Assembly (NCBI GenBank): GCA_964622665.1
Contig: CAZUUO010000003.1
Location: 1 to 45,448 of the forward strand
Origin: an uncultured Gammaproteobacteria bacterium
GTDB lineage: Bacteria > Patescibacteriota > Patescibacteriia > Magasanikbacterales > GCA-002688135
DNA length: 45,448 nt
Direction: 5' to 3'
The translations under genes and the position numbers were made by a program. The notes under the pieces are model-generated. The model saw nothing but the letters and a program-made list of their open reading frames with translations, did no database searches and was not told the DNA's origin. Positions 1 to 8,155 of the stretch are shown here, piece by piece. Numbering within the stretch: the stretch's first letter is position 1; every line of letters begins with the position of its first letter.

Positions 1-323
1 GCAATATCATCAAGTTTTAATCGATGTCCTAATGATTCTTTTACCTTTGCTAATAAGTCGAGATGCGGAACATGGGTAAATTTTCTTCCTGCGTATTTTT
101 CTAAGATTGGTAAATCAAAGTATATTGAATTAAATCCAATAATACGGTCAGCATTATCAAGAATTGGCCACAAATTATGAAGCTCCTCCTCGCGAAAGCT
201 TGAGTAGGTATCGTCTGCGTAGTTATAGATGCAAACCACTGAAATAGATAGCGCGGTTGGATCACTACTTCCCACCTCTTCAAAGGTATTTTTTGTTTCA
301 ATATCAAATACAATTTCTCCCAT
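1..323 (-). CDS. RNase H-fold (DEDD-type) 3'-5' exonuclease domain protein, N-terminal part only; the gene runs off the left window edge
   Basis: Absent from the ORF track because it has no in-window stop. My translation of the minus strand from ATG at 323..321 gives MGEIVFDIETKNTFEEVGSSDPTALSISVVCIYNYADDTYSSFREEELHNLWPILDNADRIIGFNSIYFDLPILEKYAGRKF... It carries a D-I-E ExoI-like motif and a later N-x3-FD motif. The track ORF 101..313 is in a different frame. Confidence 0.6.
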   Translation of the reverse strand, partial: MGEIVFDIETKNTFEEVGSSDPTALSISVVCIYNYADDTYSSFREEELHNLWPILDNADRIIGFNSIYFDLPILEKYAGRKFTHVPHLDLLAKVKESLGHRLKLDDI

Positions 324-391
324 AGTTGTTACTCGTTAATGTTTTGATTATAACATGGTTTTGTCAGCTGAGGAGTGTATAAACAGGCAAC

Positions 392-420
392 AAAAAAGCC
401 CCACTTTTGCAGGGCTTTTC
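392..420 (-). terminator. Rho-independent terminator after the peroxiredoxin gene
   Basis: The minus strand reads AAAAGCCC-tgcaaaagtg-GGGCTTTTTT, starting 7 nt after the stop at 427. Confidence 0.6.
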
Positions 421-426
421 TTAACA

Positions 427-990
427 CTATTTAACAAATTTTTCGCCTTTTTTCCAATCAAGTCCACAGAGACCTCCACTTTGTAATGCCTCCAAGACGC
501 GTACCGTCTCACTAACACTTCGGCCCACGTTTAAGTCTGAGATGACCATATACTTCAATATGCCATCTGGAGAAATAATGAAGGTGCCCCGGAGCGCCTC
601 ACCATTCTCTTCAATTAGTACCCCGTAGTCACGTGATAATGAGTGAGCGGTGTCTGCAAGAATAGGAAATTTCACTTCTTGCATGTCGCGTTCAAACCAT
701 GCTTTGTGTGCCCACGTTGAATCCGTTGATGCCCCCAATACTACAGCATTTGCATCGGTAAATTCCTGTTCATGAGTTGCAAACCCTTTAATTTCAGTTG
801 GACAAATAAATGTAAAATCGCGAGGGTAGAAAAATAACACTACCCATTTTCCTTTGTAATCCTCAAGAGAAACTTTTTTAAACTCACCTGCTACATATGC
901 ATCAAGCGTAAATGTTGGAGCTTTTTTTCCTACTTGGAGCATTTCACAATTCCCCATTCCACAGCATGATGAAAATTCTTCGTTTTGCAT
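427..990 (-). CDS. Typical 2-Cys peroxiredoxin (AhpC/Prx1 family)
   Basis: Motif FFYPRDFTFICPTEI carries the peroxidatic Cys. C-terminal GGLCGLDW carries the resolving Cys. An alternative start at 942 (MLQVGKKAPTF) would remove a Cys-rich 16-aa extension. Confidence 0.9.
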   Translation of the reverse strand: MQNEEFSSCCGMGNCEMLQVGKKAPTFTLDAYVAGEFKKVSLEDYKGKWVVLFFYPRDFTFICPTEIKGFATHEQEFTDANAVVLGASTDSTWAHKAWFERDMQEVKFPILADTAHSLSRDYGVLIEENGEALRGTFIISPDGILKYMVISDLNVGRSVSETVRVLEALQSGGLCGLDWKKGEKFVK

Positions 991-999
991 ATTTGTTTG

Positions 1000-1596
1000 T
1001 TATATTTGTAATGATGAAACGTGCACAAATTTTTTCTCAACTTTTTCCCAATTTATTGATTGGAGATAATCCATAATATAGGTTTTTCTGTCTGATCCGT
1101 AGTCCATGAAATAAGCATGTTCATACACATCGAGCACGAGTAATGGAATAGTTCCCCACACACCTCCTTGATTATGAGCATCTCCAATAAATAATTTGAG
1201 GCGGTGTTCATGAGTATCAAAACCAAATACCACCCAACCACGAGCTGCCATACCACAACCTAGGAGCATTGCAGTAAAGCGCTCAAAGTTTCCAAATTCT
1301 TTTTCAATTTCTTGCAGGAGTGTGCCTTGTGGTTTTTCGCCATTTCCATCAATAGTATCAAAATAATACTCATGAAGATACACGCCATTTGTTGCAAAGG
1401 TTTCTGCGTCTTTTAAGCTGCGAATTGCACTATAGGTGATGTTTCCTGATGTTGGGTCTACGGTTTGCAATGCTTCCTCAACCTCATTCTTTTTGTTTAC
1501 ATAGCCCACATACAATTTATCCTCGTGGATACCTAGTGCTTTTTCACTTTGTCCCTTTGGTATTGTTGTACGACTAAATTTTTTTGGTGTATACAT
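1000..1596 (-). CDS. Fe/Mn-family superoxide dismutase
   Basis: C-terminal DVYEHAYFMDY matches the D-x-W-E-H-A-Y-Y metal-ligand motif. Upstream His motifs are LGIHEDKLYVGYV and VYLHEYYF. Length of about 198 aa fits the family. Confidence 0.85.
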   Translation of the reverse strand: MYTPKKFSRTTIPKGQSEKALGIHEDKLYVGYVNKKNEVEEALQTVDPTSGNITYSAIRSLKDAETFATNGVYLHEYYFDTIDGNGEKPQGTLLQEIEKEFGNFERFTAMLLGCGMAARGWVVFGFDTHEHRLKLFIGDAHNQGGVWGTIPLLVLDVYEHAYFMDYGSDRKTYIMDYLQSINWEKVEKKFVHVSSLQI

Positions 1597-1607
1597 AATG
1601 TTTTATA

Positions 1608-1835
1608 TTATCTTACTAATCGTTGTGATAACGCTTCCTCATTAAATCCCACTAGAATTTCACCATCAATATCAATTACCGGAACCCCCATCTGACCACT
1701 TTTTTCAATCATTTCTTCTCGTTTTTTTTCATCGTGGGCAACATCATTATCAGTAAAGGCGATGTTGTGTTTCGTGAAATACTCACGCGCTAAATGGCAG
1801 TACGGGCACGTTGGTGTTGAATAGAGTGTTATCAT
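1608..1835 (-). CDS. Glutaredoxin-like protein (CPYC active site, about 75 aa)
   Basis: MITLYSTPTCPYCHLAREYF...GVPVIDIDGEILVGFNEEAL is a classic Grx/NrdH fold signature. I shortened the track ORF 1608..2171 because its upstream part overlaps the DsbB gene and spans a terminator. Confidence 0.8.
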   Translation of the reverse strand: MITLYSTPTCPYCHLAREYFTKHNIAFTDNDVAHDEKKREEMIEKSGQMGVPVIDIDGEILVGFNEEALSQRLVR

Positions 1836-1860
1836 AACAAGCGTCAATAAGACTGTATCT

Positions 1861-1888
1861 ACTATAGCATGGGAAGTCATATCGTCAA
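1861..1888 (-). promoter_or_regulatory. Sigma-70-type promoter for the grx-sod-prx operon
   Basis: The minus strand reads TTGACG-16 nt-TATAGT with TGc immediately upstream (extended -10). It lies about 25 nt upstream of the Grx ATG. Confidence 0.5.
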
Positions 1889-1902
1889 CCTGTTCTGTGA
1901 GT

Positions 1903-1936
1903 AAAAAAACACCCCGATGTCTCGAGGTGTTTTTTA
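1903..1936. terminator. Bidirectional hairpin terminator between the dsbB operon and the grx operon
   Basis: AAAAAAA-CACCCCGA-tgtc-TCGAGGTG-TTTTTT: an 8-bp stem with one mismatch, with A/T runs on both sides. Confidence 0.55.
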
Positions 1937-2059
1937 AGGCTGGCTCGTTATCCAACAGACTTTGTGTCCAAAGTGTTTTGATTGCGGTGCCACTTAAAGC
2001 AATACTTATTATATACCATTTTTTTGCAGATTTGTCAACCTGATTTTGCTGTGTACATC

Positions 2060-2584
2060 TTATGATTTTCTCAGTGAAAGTATAATAGGTGGTAAAAGTA
2101 GCGCAAACACCGTCAATGACATGACGGGAATAGTAATATAGCCGAATGCATATACGTGCCGAATACTGCATGATACGGTGCCAAAGCTATTGCAGAAGGA
2201 ATTTGCTCCTGCTAAGGGAAACCACTGTAACCATGAATTATACAACGCAACAACGAAGCCAACTACCGTTGTAGCGAGTGCTGCAACTGTCCAAATTCGT
2301 TTATTTGTTTTATATGCCACTATGAGCAACACAAGACACGCTGCTAGTACATATCGTTGAATGTAGCACAATATACACGCTTCAAATTGCACGACGTAGG
2401 AATACAGGAAACTGCCCACGAGTCCTCCAATCGCAATAACTATAGCGCTCAAAATTCCCTTTTCTTGTCCCTTAGTAATTAACTTTTGCGCGTGGTCTTT
2501 ATGTAATACCAGATACAATAAACCTAAAAGGATAGCTATGTGTGTTGCAAAAATACTAACTTGAAACAACTGTGAAAGCCACAT
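2060..2584 (-). CDS. Disulfide bond formation protein B, BdbC-like (DsbB family)
   Basis: Polytopic membrane protein. ACILCYIQRY resembles the BdbC motif PCELCWYQRI. A later C-x8-C is followed by FGYITIP, as in BdbC (FGFITIP). The Cys-pair order is DsbB-like, not VKOR-like. Confidence 0.7.
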   Translation of the reverse strand: MWLSQLFQVSIFATHIAILLGLLYLVLHKDHAQKLITKGQEKGILSAIVIAIGGLVGSFLYSYVVQFEACILCYIQRYVLAACLVLLIVAYKTNKRIWTVAALATTVVGFVVALYNSWLQWFPLAGANSFCNSFGTVSCSIRHVYAFGYITIPVMSLTVFALLLPPIILSLRKS

Positions 2585-2590
2585 AAAGAA

Positions 2591-2959
2591 TTATGGTAAG
2601 GTGCAACCTGTTTTCTTAGCTAAATCACTTAAACTTATTTCCCCACTTTCTCTTGATTTATCAGCAAATTCCCAAGTTGGATATCCTTCGATCTTGGCTT
2701 GTTTGCAGACGTCTAATACTCCATTACCACTTGGCGTTGAGCATTCAATATAGGGTAATTTTTTTTGGCTTCTTCCAAAGAGTGCTTTTTGATTTTGGCA
2801 ATGTGGGCACCAGAATGCGCCGTAAAATTTTGCCCCTTTGTCAGTTATACATTGAGCAAAATTGTCCAGCGGTGCGCTTCTTGTGTAATAGTAAACACTT
2901 CCCACAATCAACAGCACTAATGCTGACAAAAAAATCCAGGTATTTTTTTCAAGTTTCAT
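2591..2959 (-). CDS. Membrane-anchored thioredoxin-fold oxidoreductase (CPHC), resembling the Trx-like partner domain of bacterial VKOR
   Basis: N-terminal TM anchor. FYGAFWCPHCQNQKALFG...LPYIECS...GYPTW closely follows my recollection of the Trx-like domain of cyanobacterial VKOR (YGAYWCPHCQDQKELFG...VPYVECS...SYPTW). Confidence 0.7.
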   Translation of the reverse strand: MKLEKNTWIFLSALVLLIVGSVYYYTRSAPLDNFAQCITDKGAKFYGAFWCPHCQNQKALFGRSQKKLPYIECSTPSGNGVLDVCKQAKIEGYPTWEFADKSRESGEISLSDLAKKTGCTLP

Positions 2960-2982
2960 ACATTTATATTAGCTATATCTCC

Positions 2983-3010
2983 AGTATAACACAGCAGCCA
3001 ATCTTGTCAC
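2983..3010 (-). promoter_or_regulatory. Putative sigma-70 promoter for the trx-like/dsbB operon
   Basis: The minus strand reads GTGACA-16 nt-TATACT with TGt upstream (extended -10). Confidence 0.45.
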
Positions 3011-3028
3011 CCACTTCTTTCCCCAATA

Positions 3029-3058
3029 TAAAACACTCCCCTTTTGGGGGAGCGTTTT
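3029..3058. terminator. Hairpin terminator after the giant surface-protein gene
   Basis: CTCCCC-tttt-GGGGGAG flanked by A and T runs, about 30 nt downstream of the stop at 3087. Confidence 0.6.
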
Positions 3059-3086
3059 ACTGGTTGATATTGTATCAAACAATTGA

Positions 3087-6000
3087 CTAGAAGCGTACTG
3101 AACGACCTTCAAGAGGTAATCCGTTTACTTCAGTGAATGTTGTTACACCATCAGTCCAAGTTGCGTAATTTTGACCACCGTTAGCACCAGTTGATAAACC
3201 AACAGTTACACTGTCGTTTACACCAATTGATGAGTCAGATGTGTTCAAGGTTACGTAGAGGTACCATGTACCACCAGCTGAGATTTCCAAATCAGTGAAG
3301 CTAGCTGCAGGGATCTGAGTAGCTACGAAGTTTTGGTTACCGTGGTAGGTAGTTGTTGCTAACAAGTTGGTTGAATCAGTCTTATTTGATGATGCACTTT
3401 CAACTTTATAGACATTCAATGCAGCTGTTGAAGTCAATGAAACACCTGATGATGAAACATTGAAGTTCAAACCTGTCAAAGTTGCCTTGTAGTTTCCTAC
3501 GTTAGCAGTGTTGCTTACTTTGAAGATAGCAACGTTGGTTGCAGTACCACCAGCTGATGCTGATGAAGGAGCCACAAGACCTGCGTCATCGCTGATAGCG
3601 AAGCTGATCTTGGTGCGAACTGCATCCATAACGTTACCCATTAATGGAGATGAAGAAGCACCAGATGATGCACCAATCACCAAACCTGACGTTGTTGAGG
3701 CGTTAGTTGTTGAGATTGAGAAACCTGAGCCCAAACCAATAGCTTCCACAGCATTTTGCACGCCGTTAGTTACCATGTCTGAATCTCCATTGAAGATACC
3801 GAATTTGTGAGTTGAAGATGAAATACCACCTTCTGACCAAGGAGTTAAGTCAGCTTTTGCTGTCAAAACTACACTTTGTCCTTTTGGAATTACGATACCA
3901 CCCGTTGAAAGACCGGTTAAGTCAAACACTGCAACTGGAGTTGTTGTGTTCACTGAGACACCGGCACCAAATGAAGGAACAGTTCCCAATAACGCAGAAC
4001 CATTGTAAAGTTTTACGTTCTTAAGAGTACCTGTTGAAGCAAAAGGATTTGTGGTGTTGGTTGTAATGCTGTTAAGCACGTACAATTTCTTCACCAAAAT
4101 ATCTTCTGCATTTGATTCTTCAGCCATCAAGACTTTCAAGAAGGTTTGGTCGGTTGAACCGAGAACCATTTGAACGTCTGAAGGGGTGTTTGCATCTGCA
4201 GTTACACGCAACATACCACTGGTTGCTACGTAACCTGCTTGTCCAAGAGTTGTTGGAGAAACAGTTGTGGTAGCACCGGTGTTTTTACCGGTAGCAACTA
4301 CTGAGTCTACACTAACAAGTGCAGTACCGTTGATTGCTGATAATGCTGAGCTGGTGCTGCTCAAAAGGTCTGCGTAAACATCAACAACGATTGATTCACC
4401 GACGCCAACTACGAGAGCTGGAGAAACGTTGAATGTCATTGTAGCTGATGGATTTGCCACAGTTGTACCTAATTGAGATGTACCGCGCATTACACGGAAG
4501 TTGTTGAAGTATGATGACAATACATCACTTGTAGTGTTATCACCAACAACGATTGATGAAATTTCTGAAGGTTCAGCACCACCTAAGATGGTGAATGAAG
4601 CGACGCGAACGCCGGTTGCACCCAACACACCCATTGGACGAGCTGATGAATATTCACCAAGAGCTGAGTTCTTAGCAACTGACAAAGTACCTGACGCTAC
4701 TGTTACGGTACGGCCGCTTGTTGCAGCTGTTGAAATAGCAGTAAGTGAAACGATACCTTGAGCATTTGATGAACCTGCGCTCAATGAAATTGCTACGGTG
4801 TCACCAGTTGTTACTGTTGAATCGTTCAAATCAGCGTTCACAGTGAATGGAACAGTTTTACCTGCTTCCACGGTGAATGAGTTGCCGAATGTGAAGGTTT
4901 CAGTGTCAGTACCACCATTACATGTCAAGTTTGTAGCTGTTGAACCAACTTGTGATCCGTCAACTGACAATTTGATGTTTTTGATGACTGTTGAACCGTC
5001 GCCACTAGCACAAGTAACTACTAAGGTTTTGACCTTAACTGCTTCACCTGCAGCCTTCATGTTCCATTTAGCGAGCAACACGTTGGTTGAACTTGCTGGA
5101 ACATTTCCAACTGGAGAATCTGAAGCAATAGTGTTTGTCAAAGTACCGGTGTTAATTGTTGTGTTTGCTGCTGCTTCGGTAACCGCAAATGCTGCGTTAT
5201 CGTCAGCTGCAGGAACTGTCCACACGTTGTAGTTCAAATCCTTTACCATGACATCGTTAGATTCTTGGATTCCGAATTTGAATGTACGATTGGTACCACC
5301 CTTAATATCAGCACGAAGTGCTAATTGGCGTTGGTTACCAGCAATGATCTTGAATCCGCCATCTGTCAAAGTTGAAAGATCAAAATTGAGCTTCTTGTTT
5401 GTCAAAGTTGCGGTTCCAAGGTTTTGGCTACCATACCAGAGTGAGAAGTTTTGGAGGTCACTGTCATTTGTTGAACCAACGTTTGTGATGGTCAATTTGG
5501 TGACAAGCATGTCTTGGCTGTTTGCATCCAAGCGGAACTTCCAAACATCGTAACCATCTTGTGGGTCAACCGTTGTTGTTGCCAAAGGAGCTACGTTCTT
5601 CAAATCAAGGTAAGCAAGATCTGAAACGCCAACTACTGACCAGTTGCTACCAGTTGCCATTCCTGACACTGAAGCAGCGGTTGAAGTTACGTCTGCAGAA
5701 TCAAGTTTCCAACCAACAGTTGTACCTGTTGAAGTTGACTTGTTTACGTCTACAAAGAGTGATACATCAACGTATCCATTAGCTGGAACGGTGACTAAAC
5801 CACCTGTCTTTGTGAATGTAGCAAGACCCTTTGAAACTGAAGTTGATTGACCGATCAATGTCATACCATTGAAAAGGTACATAGCATCGAGGTCTGAATC
5901 AGTTTGGATACCAGTTCGGCGAAGTTTCAAACTGTCAACGCGAATTTCTGATGAACCTGCAGACAAACGGATTGTCAAAACGTTTGCACGTTGACCACCC

Positions 6001-6821
6001 GCATTGTTGCCTGAGTCAGTAAGAACGGTTGGGTTTGTTTTACCTACACCTAAGTCAGCTGGTGACAAAGATACGGTAAGTGAACCTACACCTGATGGAG
6101 TTGTTGGAGGAACAGTGGTTGATGAACCAAGGTTCTTATCAGCTGCAATTGAGGTAGCTGCTGCTTTTTCTGCTTCAGCATTGAAGTCTGAAGTTGAAGC
6201 AACGTCTGCACCCAATGTGTAGTTGGTGAAGAAGCCGTCTGGAATATCATCAATCATTTTGTTCCAGTTAGCACCAAACAAACCTGAAGCTGCTGCTTCA
6301 GTTTTTACCCAGCGAAGTGTACCGTTTTTTGCAACTGCGTATACTTTTGGATCTGAATCAACTTTCACCATGCGTACGCCTGGTTTGTATGTGACGTTGC
6401 CGCCCATAGAAATTTGACCCATGTCTGCTGCTGGAATAATTTTAACTAAACCACCTTCTGATGTTTTCTTCAATTGAGCTGAAGTGTACCATGACAAGAA
6501 AGTTTTTTGTGTTGGGAACACGTAGCGTTTACCATTGAAATAGTAATACACTGCAAATGCTCCTTTTGCATCACTGCGGATCAAGTCTCCGTCTGCCAAT
6601 GAAGCTGCTTGCGCAGTTAAAGGTGCGACGAATGCTGCGACTCCCATTGACCATGCAACGGTTGCAACGACTGTAGCTGCTGTGAATGCTTTTTTTGCTA
6701 AACGCAAAGATTCATTCATAAATTTTATTAACGCTTTGAAATTAGTAATGTACCTAACTTCAGCAGCGCTTCTCCTAAGGTTTATAGGATCGACCTTTCT
6801 GAAGGCTAACTTGACTTCCAT
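3087..6821 (-). CDS. Giant secreted/cell-surface protein (about 1240 aa), S/T/A/V/G-rich, S-layer- or adhesin-like
   Basis: Long uninterrupted ORF with hydrophobic signal/anchor AATVVATVAWSMGVAAFVAPLTAQA. The start is ambiguous. ATG 6821 has GAGGAGA 4 nt upstream. ATG 6719 lies directly before the signal peptide but has no SD. The track start is 6872. A domain shared with the 9255..12056 protein follows the signal peptide, and the remainder looks beta-rich and repetitive. Confidence 0.8.
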   Translation of the reverse strand: MEVKLAFRKVDPINLRRSAAEVRYITNFKALIKFMNESLRLAKKAFTAATVVATVAWSMGVAAFVAPLTAQAASLADGDLIRSDAKGAFAVYYYFNGKRYVFPTQKTFLSWYTSAQLKKTSEGGLVKIIPAADMGQISMGGNVTYKPGVRMVKVDSDPKVYAVAKNGTLRWVKTEAAASGLFGANWNKMIDDIPDGFFTNYTLGADVASTSDFNAEAEKAAATSIAADKNLGSSTTVPPTTPSGVGSLTVSLSPADLGVGKTNPTVLTDSGNNAGGQRANVLTIRLSAGSSEIRVDSLKLRRTGIQTDSDLDAMYLFNGMTLIGQSTSVSKGLATFTKTGGLVTVPANGYVDVSLFVDVNKSTSTGTTVGWKLDSADVTSTAASVSGMATGSNWSVVGVSDLAYLDLKNVAPLATTTVDPQDGYDVWKFRLDANSQDMLVTKLTITNVGSTNDSDLQNFSLWYGSQNLGTATLTNKKLNFDLSTLTDGGFKIIAGNQRQLALRADIKGGTNRTFKFGIQESNDVMVKDLNYNVWTVPAADDNAAFAVTEAAANTTINTGTLTNTIASDSPVGNVPASSTNVLLAKWNMKAAGEAVKVKTLVVTCASGDGSTVIKNIKLSVDGSQVGSTATNLTCNGGTDTETFTFGNSFTVEAGKTVPFTVNADLNDSTVTTGDTVAISLSAGSSNAQGIVSLTAISTAATSGRTVTVASGTLSVAKNSALGEYSSARPMGVLGATGVRVASFTILGGAEPSEISSIVVGDNTTSDVLSSYFNNFRVMRGTSQLGTTVANPSATMTFNVSPALVVGVGESIVVDVYADLLSSTSSALSAINGTALVSVDSVVATGKNTGATTTVSPTTLGQAGYVATSGMLRVTADANTPSDVQMVLGSTDQTFLKVLMAEESNAEDILVKKLYVLNSITTNTTNPFASTGTLKNVKLYNGSALLGTVPSFGAGVSVNTTTPVAVFDLTGLSTGGIVIPKGQSVVLTAKADLTPWSEGGISSSTHKFGIFNGDSDMVTNGVQNAVEAIGLGSGFSISTTNASTTSGLVIGASSGASSSPLMGNVMDAVRTKISFAISDDAGLVAPSSASAGGTATNVAIFKVSNTANVGNYKATLTGLNFNVSSSGVSLTSTAALNVYKVESASSNKTDSTNLLATTTYHGNQNFVATQIPAASFTDLEISAGGTWYLYVTLNTSDSSIGVNDSVTVGLSTGANGGQNYATWTDGVTTFTEVNGLPLEGRSVRF

Positions 6822-6825
6822 TACT

Positions 6826-6895
6826 TCTCCTCTGATTATGAGGAGATGATTATGTAGAAATGTTCTACACACTCACCTCCTCGTACTTGAGGTGG
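6826..6895 (-). promoter_or_regulatory. Three consecutive hairpins in the leader; the last one sequesters the Shine-Dalgarno sequence
   Basis: Minus strand: CACCTC-9 nt-GAGGTG (6894..6874), GTAGAA-cat-TTCTAC (6868..6854), and TCTCCTC-ataatca-GAGGAGA (6846..6826), followed by agta-ATG. Confidence 0.4.
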
Positions 6896-6898
6896 TAC

Positions 6899-8155
6899 TT
6901 ACTGAATTGCTTCAGTAGTTACATTTGCTTTTTCTTGTAACAAAACTTCTTTTGTTCTGTCCTCTTGTTCTATAAGACGTTCGATCGACTCATTTGTTAC
7001 AGTATCGATATCAGACTGCACTTTTACTTTTGGTGTAACATCTAATTCTGGGATTTTTTCAATAGTAGTAGTTCCTACTTTAATTACCGGAATTGTTGTT
7101 GTGCTTACTTTTGGAGTTTCCGTGGTCTGTTGTACGGTGGTTGCGATTTTCTCTGTTTGATTTACCAATACCTGTACTTCTTTAATTTTATTGAGTGCTT
7201 CAGTAAACTTTTCAACTTTCACTTCTTCATTTGCTTGAACTACTGCATCTTTTGCACTTTTTACTTGTTCGGTTATTTTTTTAATTTCTTCTTTATGTTC
7301 AGGTGCACCAACTTCTTTAGTTGAGTTGATCACACTTGAAACAGCTGCATCCAATTGCACTTCAGCGGTTTTTAATTTTTCTTCGATAGTCTGTTTAATT
7401 TCTTTTTGTGACACAATATCTTCAGTAGTTCCTTTTTGTGTTTTAACCATTGTTTCAACGGCCTGCACACTCACTGAATCTACTAAGGCGCGAACTTCGT
7501 GAATTTGTGGCACATCGATAGCGATGTCCGTTGCCTTATTGAGAACCTTCGCAATTTCTTCAGTCTTTGTGTCGATATTACGAGCGACATTGACCACGTC
7601 GGTTGCTACGGTTTCATGAGGAAGTGATTCGAGACCTGATTTTACACTTTTAATTTCATCAGAAAGTCGTTGCACTGTTTTTTCAATGTGTGACTTTGCG
7701 ATGTCTGTTTTTGTATTTGCAAGTCTTACAATTTCATCAGCACGACGTGCTGCAAATTCTGTTCGTAATTTTATTTCTGTTTGTTTATCTCCTGCCAAGG
7801 TTAATTGAACTCTTTCAGAAGCAACTTTTAAATTGTAGAGAGGCTCTCCTGGAATACTGAGTAGCGCTGCGTTTACTGAGGTTACCCATGTTGTAAATGG
7901 TACCAACAATAGTGCAAGTGCTGCTGCAGTTACCCGCATAGTGATCGCATAAGGTCTTCCCCCGAATACATACCATGATAAAAATCCGCGTACTCGGTTT
8001 TTAATTACTTCATCCTTACGTACCGATGAGGCTAACGTATTAGTAATTTGCATTGATAATACTTTCTTACTTTCATTGAGCCACGCCTTATCAACCGCCC
8101 CTGCAAAAGGGTGGTTTTTTAAGTTCTTTAGTTGTGCGTGTAATTCTTTGCTCAC
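6899..8155 (-). CDS. Anti-sigma-factor-like membrane protein with a long extracytoplasmic coiled coil
   Basis: Its start overlaps the sigma gene stop by 4 nt. It has a short cytoplasmic N-terminus, one TM (VTAAALALLLVPFTTWV), then a K/E/T/V-rich helical region. The architecture is typical of partners of small ECF sigmas. The function itself is inferred. Confidence 0.55.
   Translation of the reverse strand: MSKELHAQLKNLKNHPFAGAVDKAWLNESKKVLSMQITNTLASSVRKDEVIKNRVRGFLSWYVFGGRPYAITMRVTAAALALLLVPFTTWVTSVNAALLSIPGEPLYNLKVASERVQLTLAGDKQTEIKLRTEFAARRADEIVRLANTKTDIAKSHIEKTVQRLSDEIKSVKSGLESLPHETVATDVVNVARNIDTKTEEIAKVLNKATDIAIDVPQIHEVRALVDSVSVQAVETMVKTQKGTTEDIVSQKEIKQTIEEKLKTAEVQLDAAVSSVINSTKEVGAPEHKEEIKKITEQVKSAKDAVVQANEEVKVEKFTEALNKIKEVQVLVNQTEKIATTVQQTTETPKVSTTTIPVIKVGTTTIEKIPELDVTPKVKVQSDIDTVTNESIERLIEQEDRTKEVLLQEKANVTTEAIQ

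Noticed and set aside
101-313. A 70-aa minus-strand ORF from the track.
   Set aside because: It is the wrong frame. A different minus frame, open to the window edge and starting at ATG 323, encodes a recognisable exonuclease-like N-terminus.
1836-2171. N-terminal extension of the glutaredoxin ORF (track ORF 1608..2171).
   Set aside because: The extension overlaps the 3' end of the DsbB gene. It also spans a hairpin terminator (1903..1936) and a good promoter (1861..1888). The 75-aa core from ATG 1835 is a complete Grx fold.
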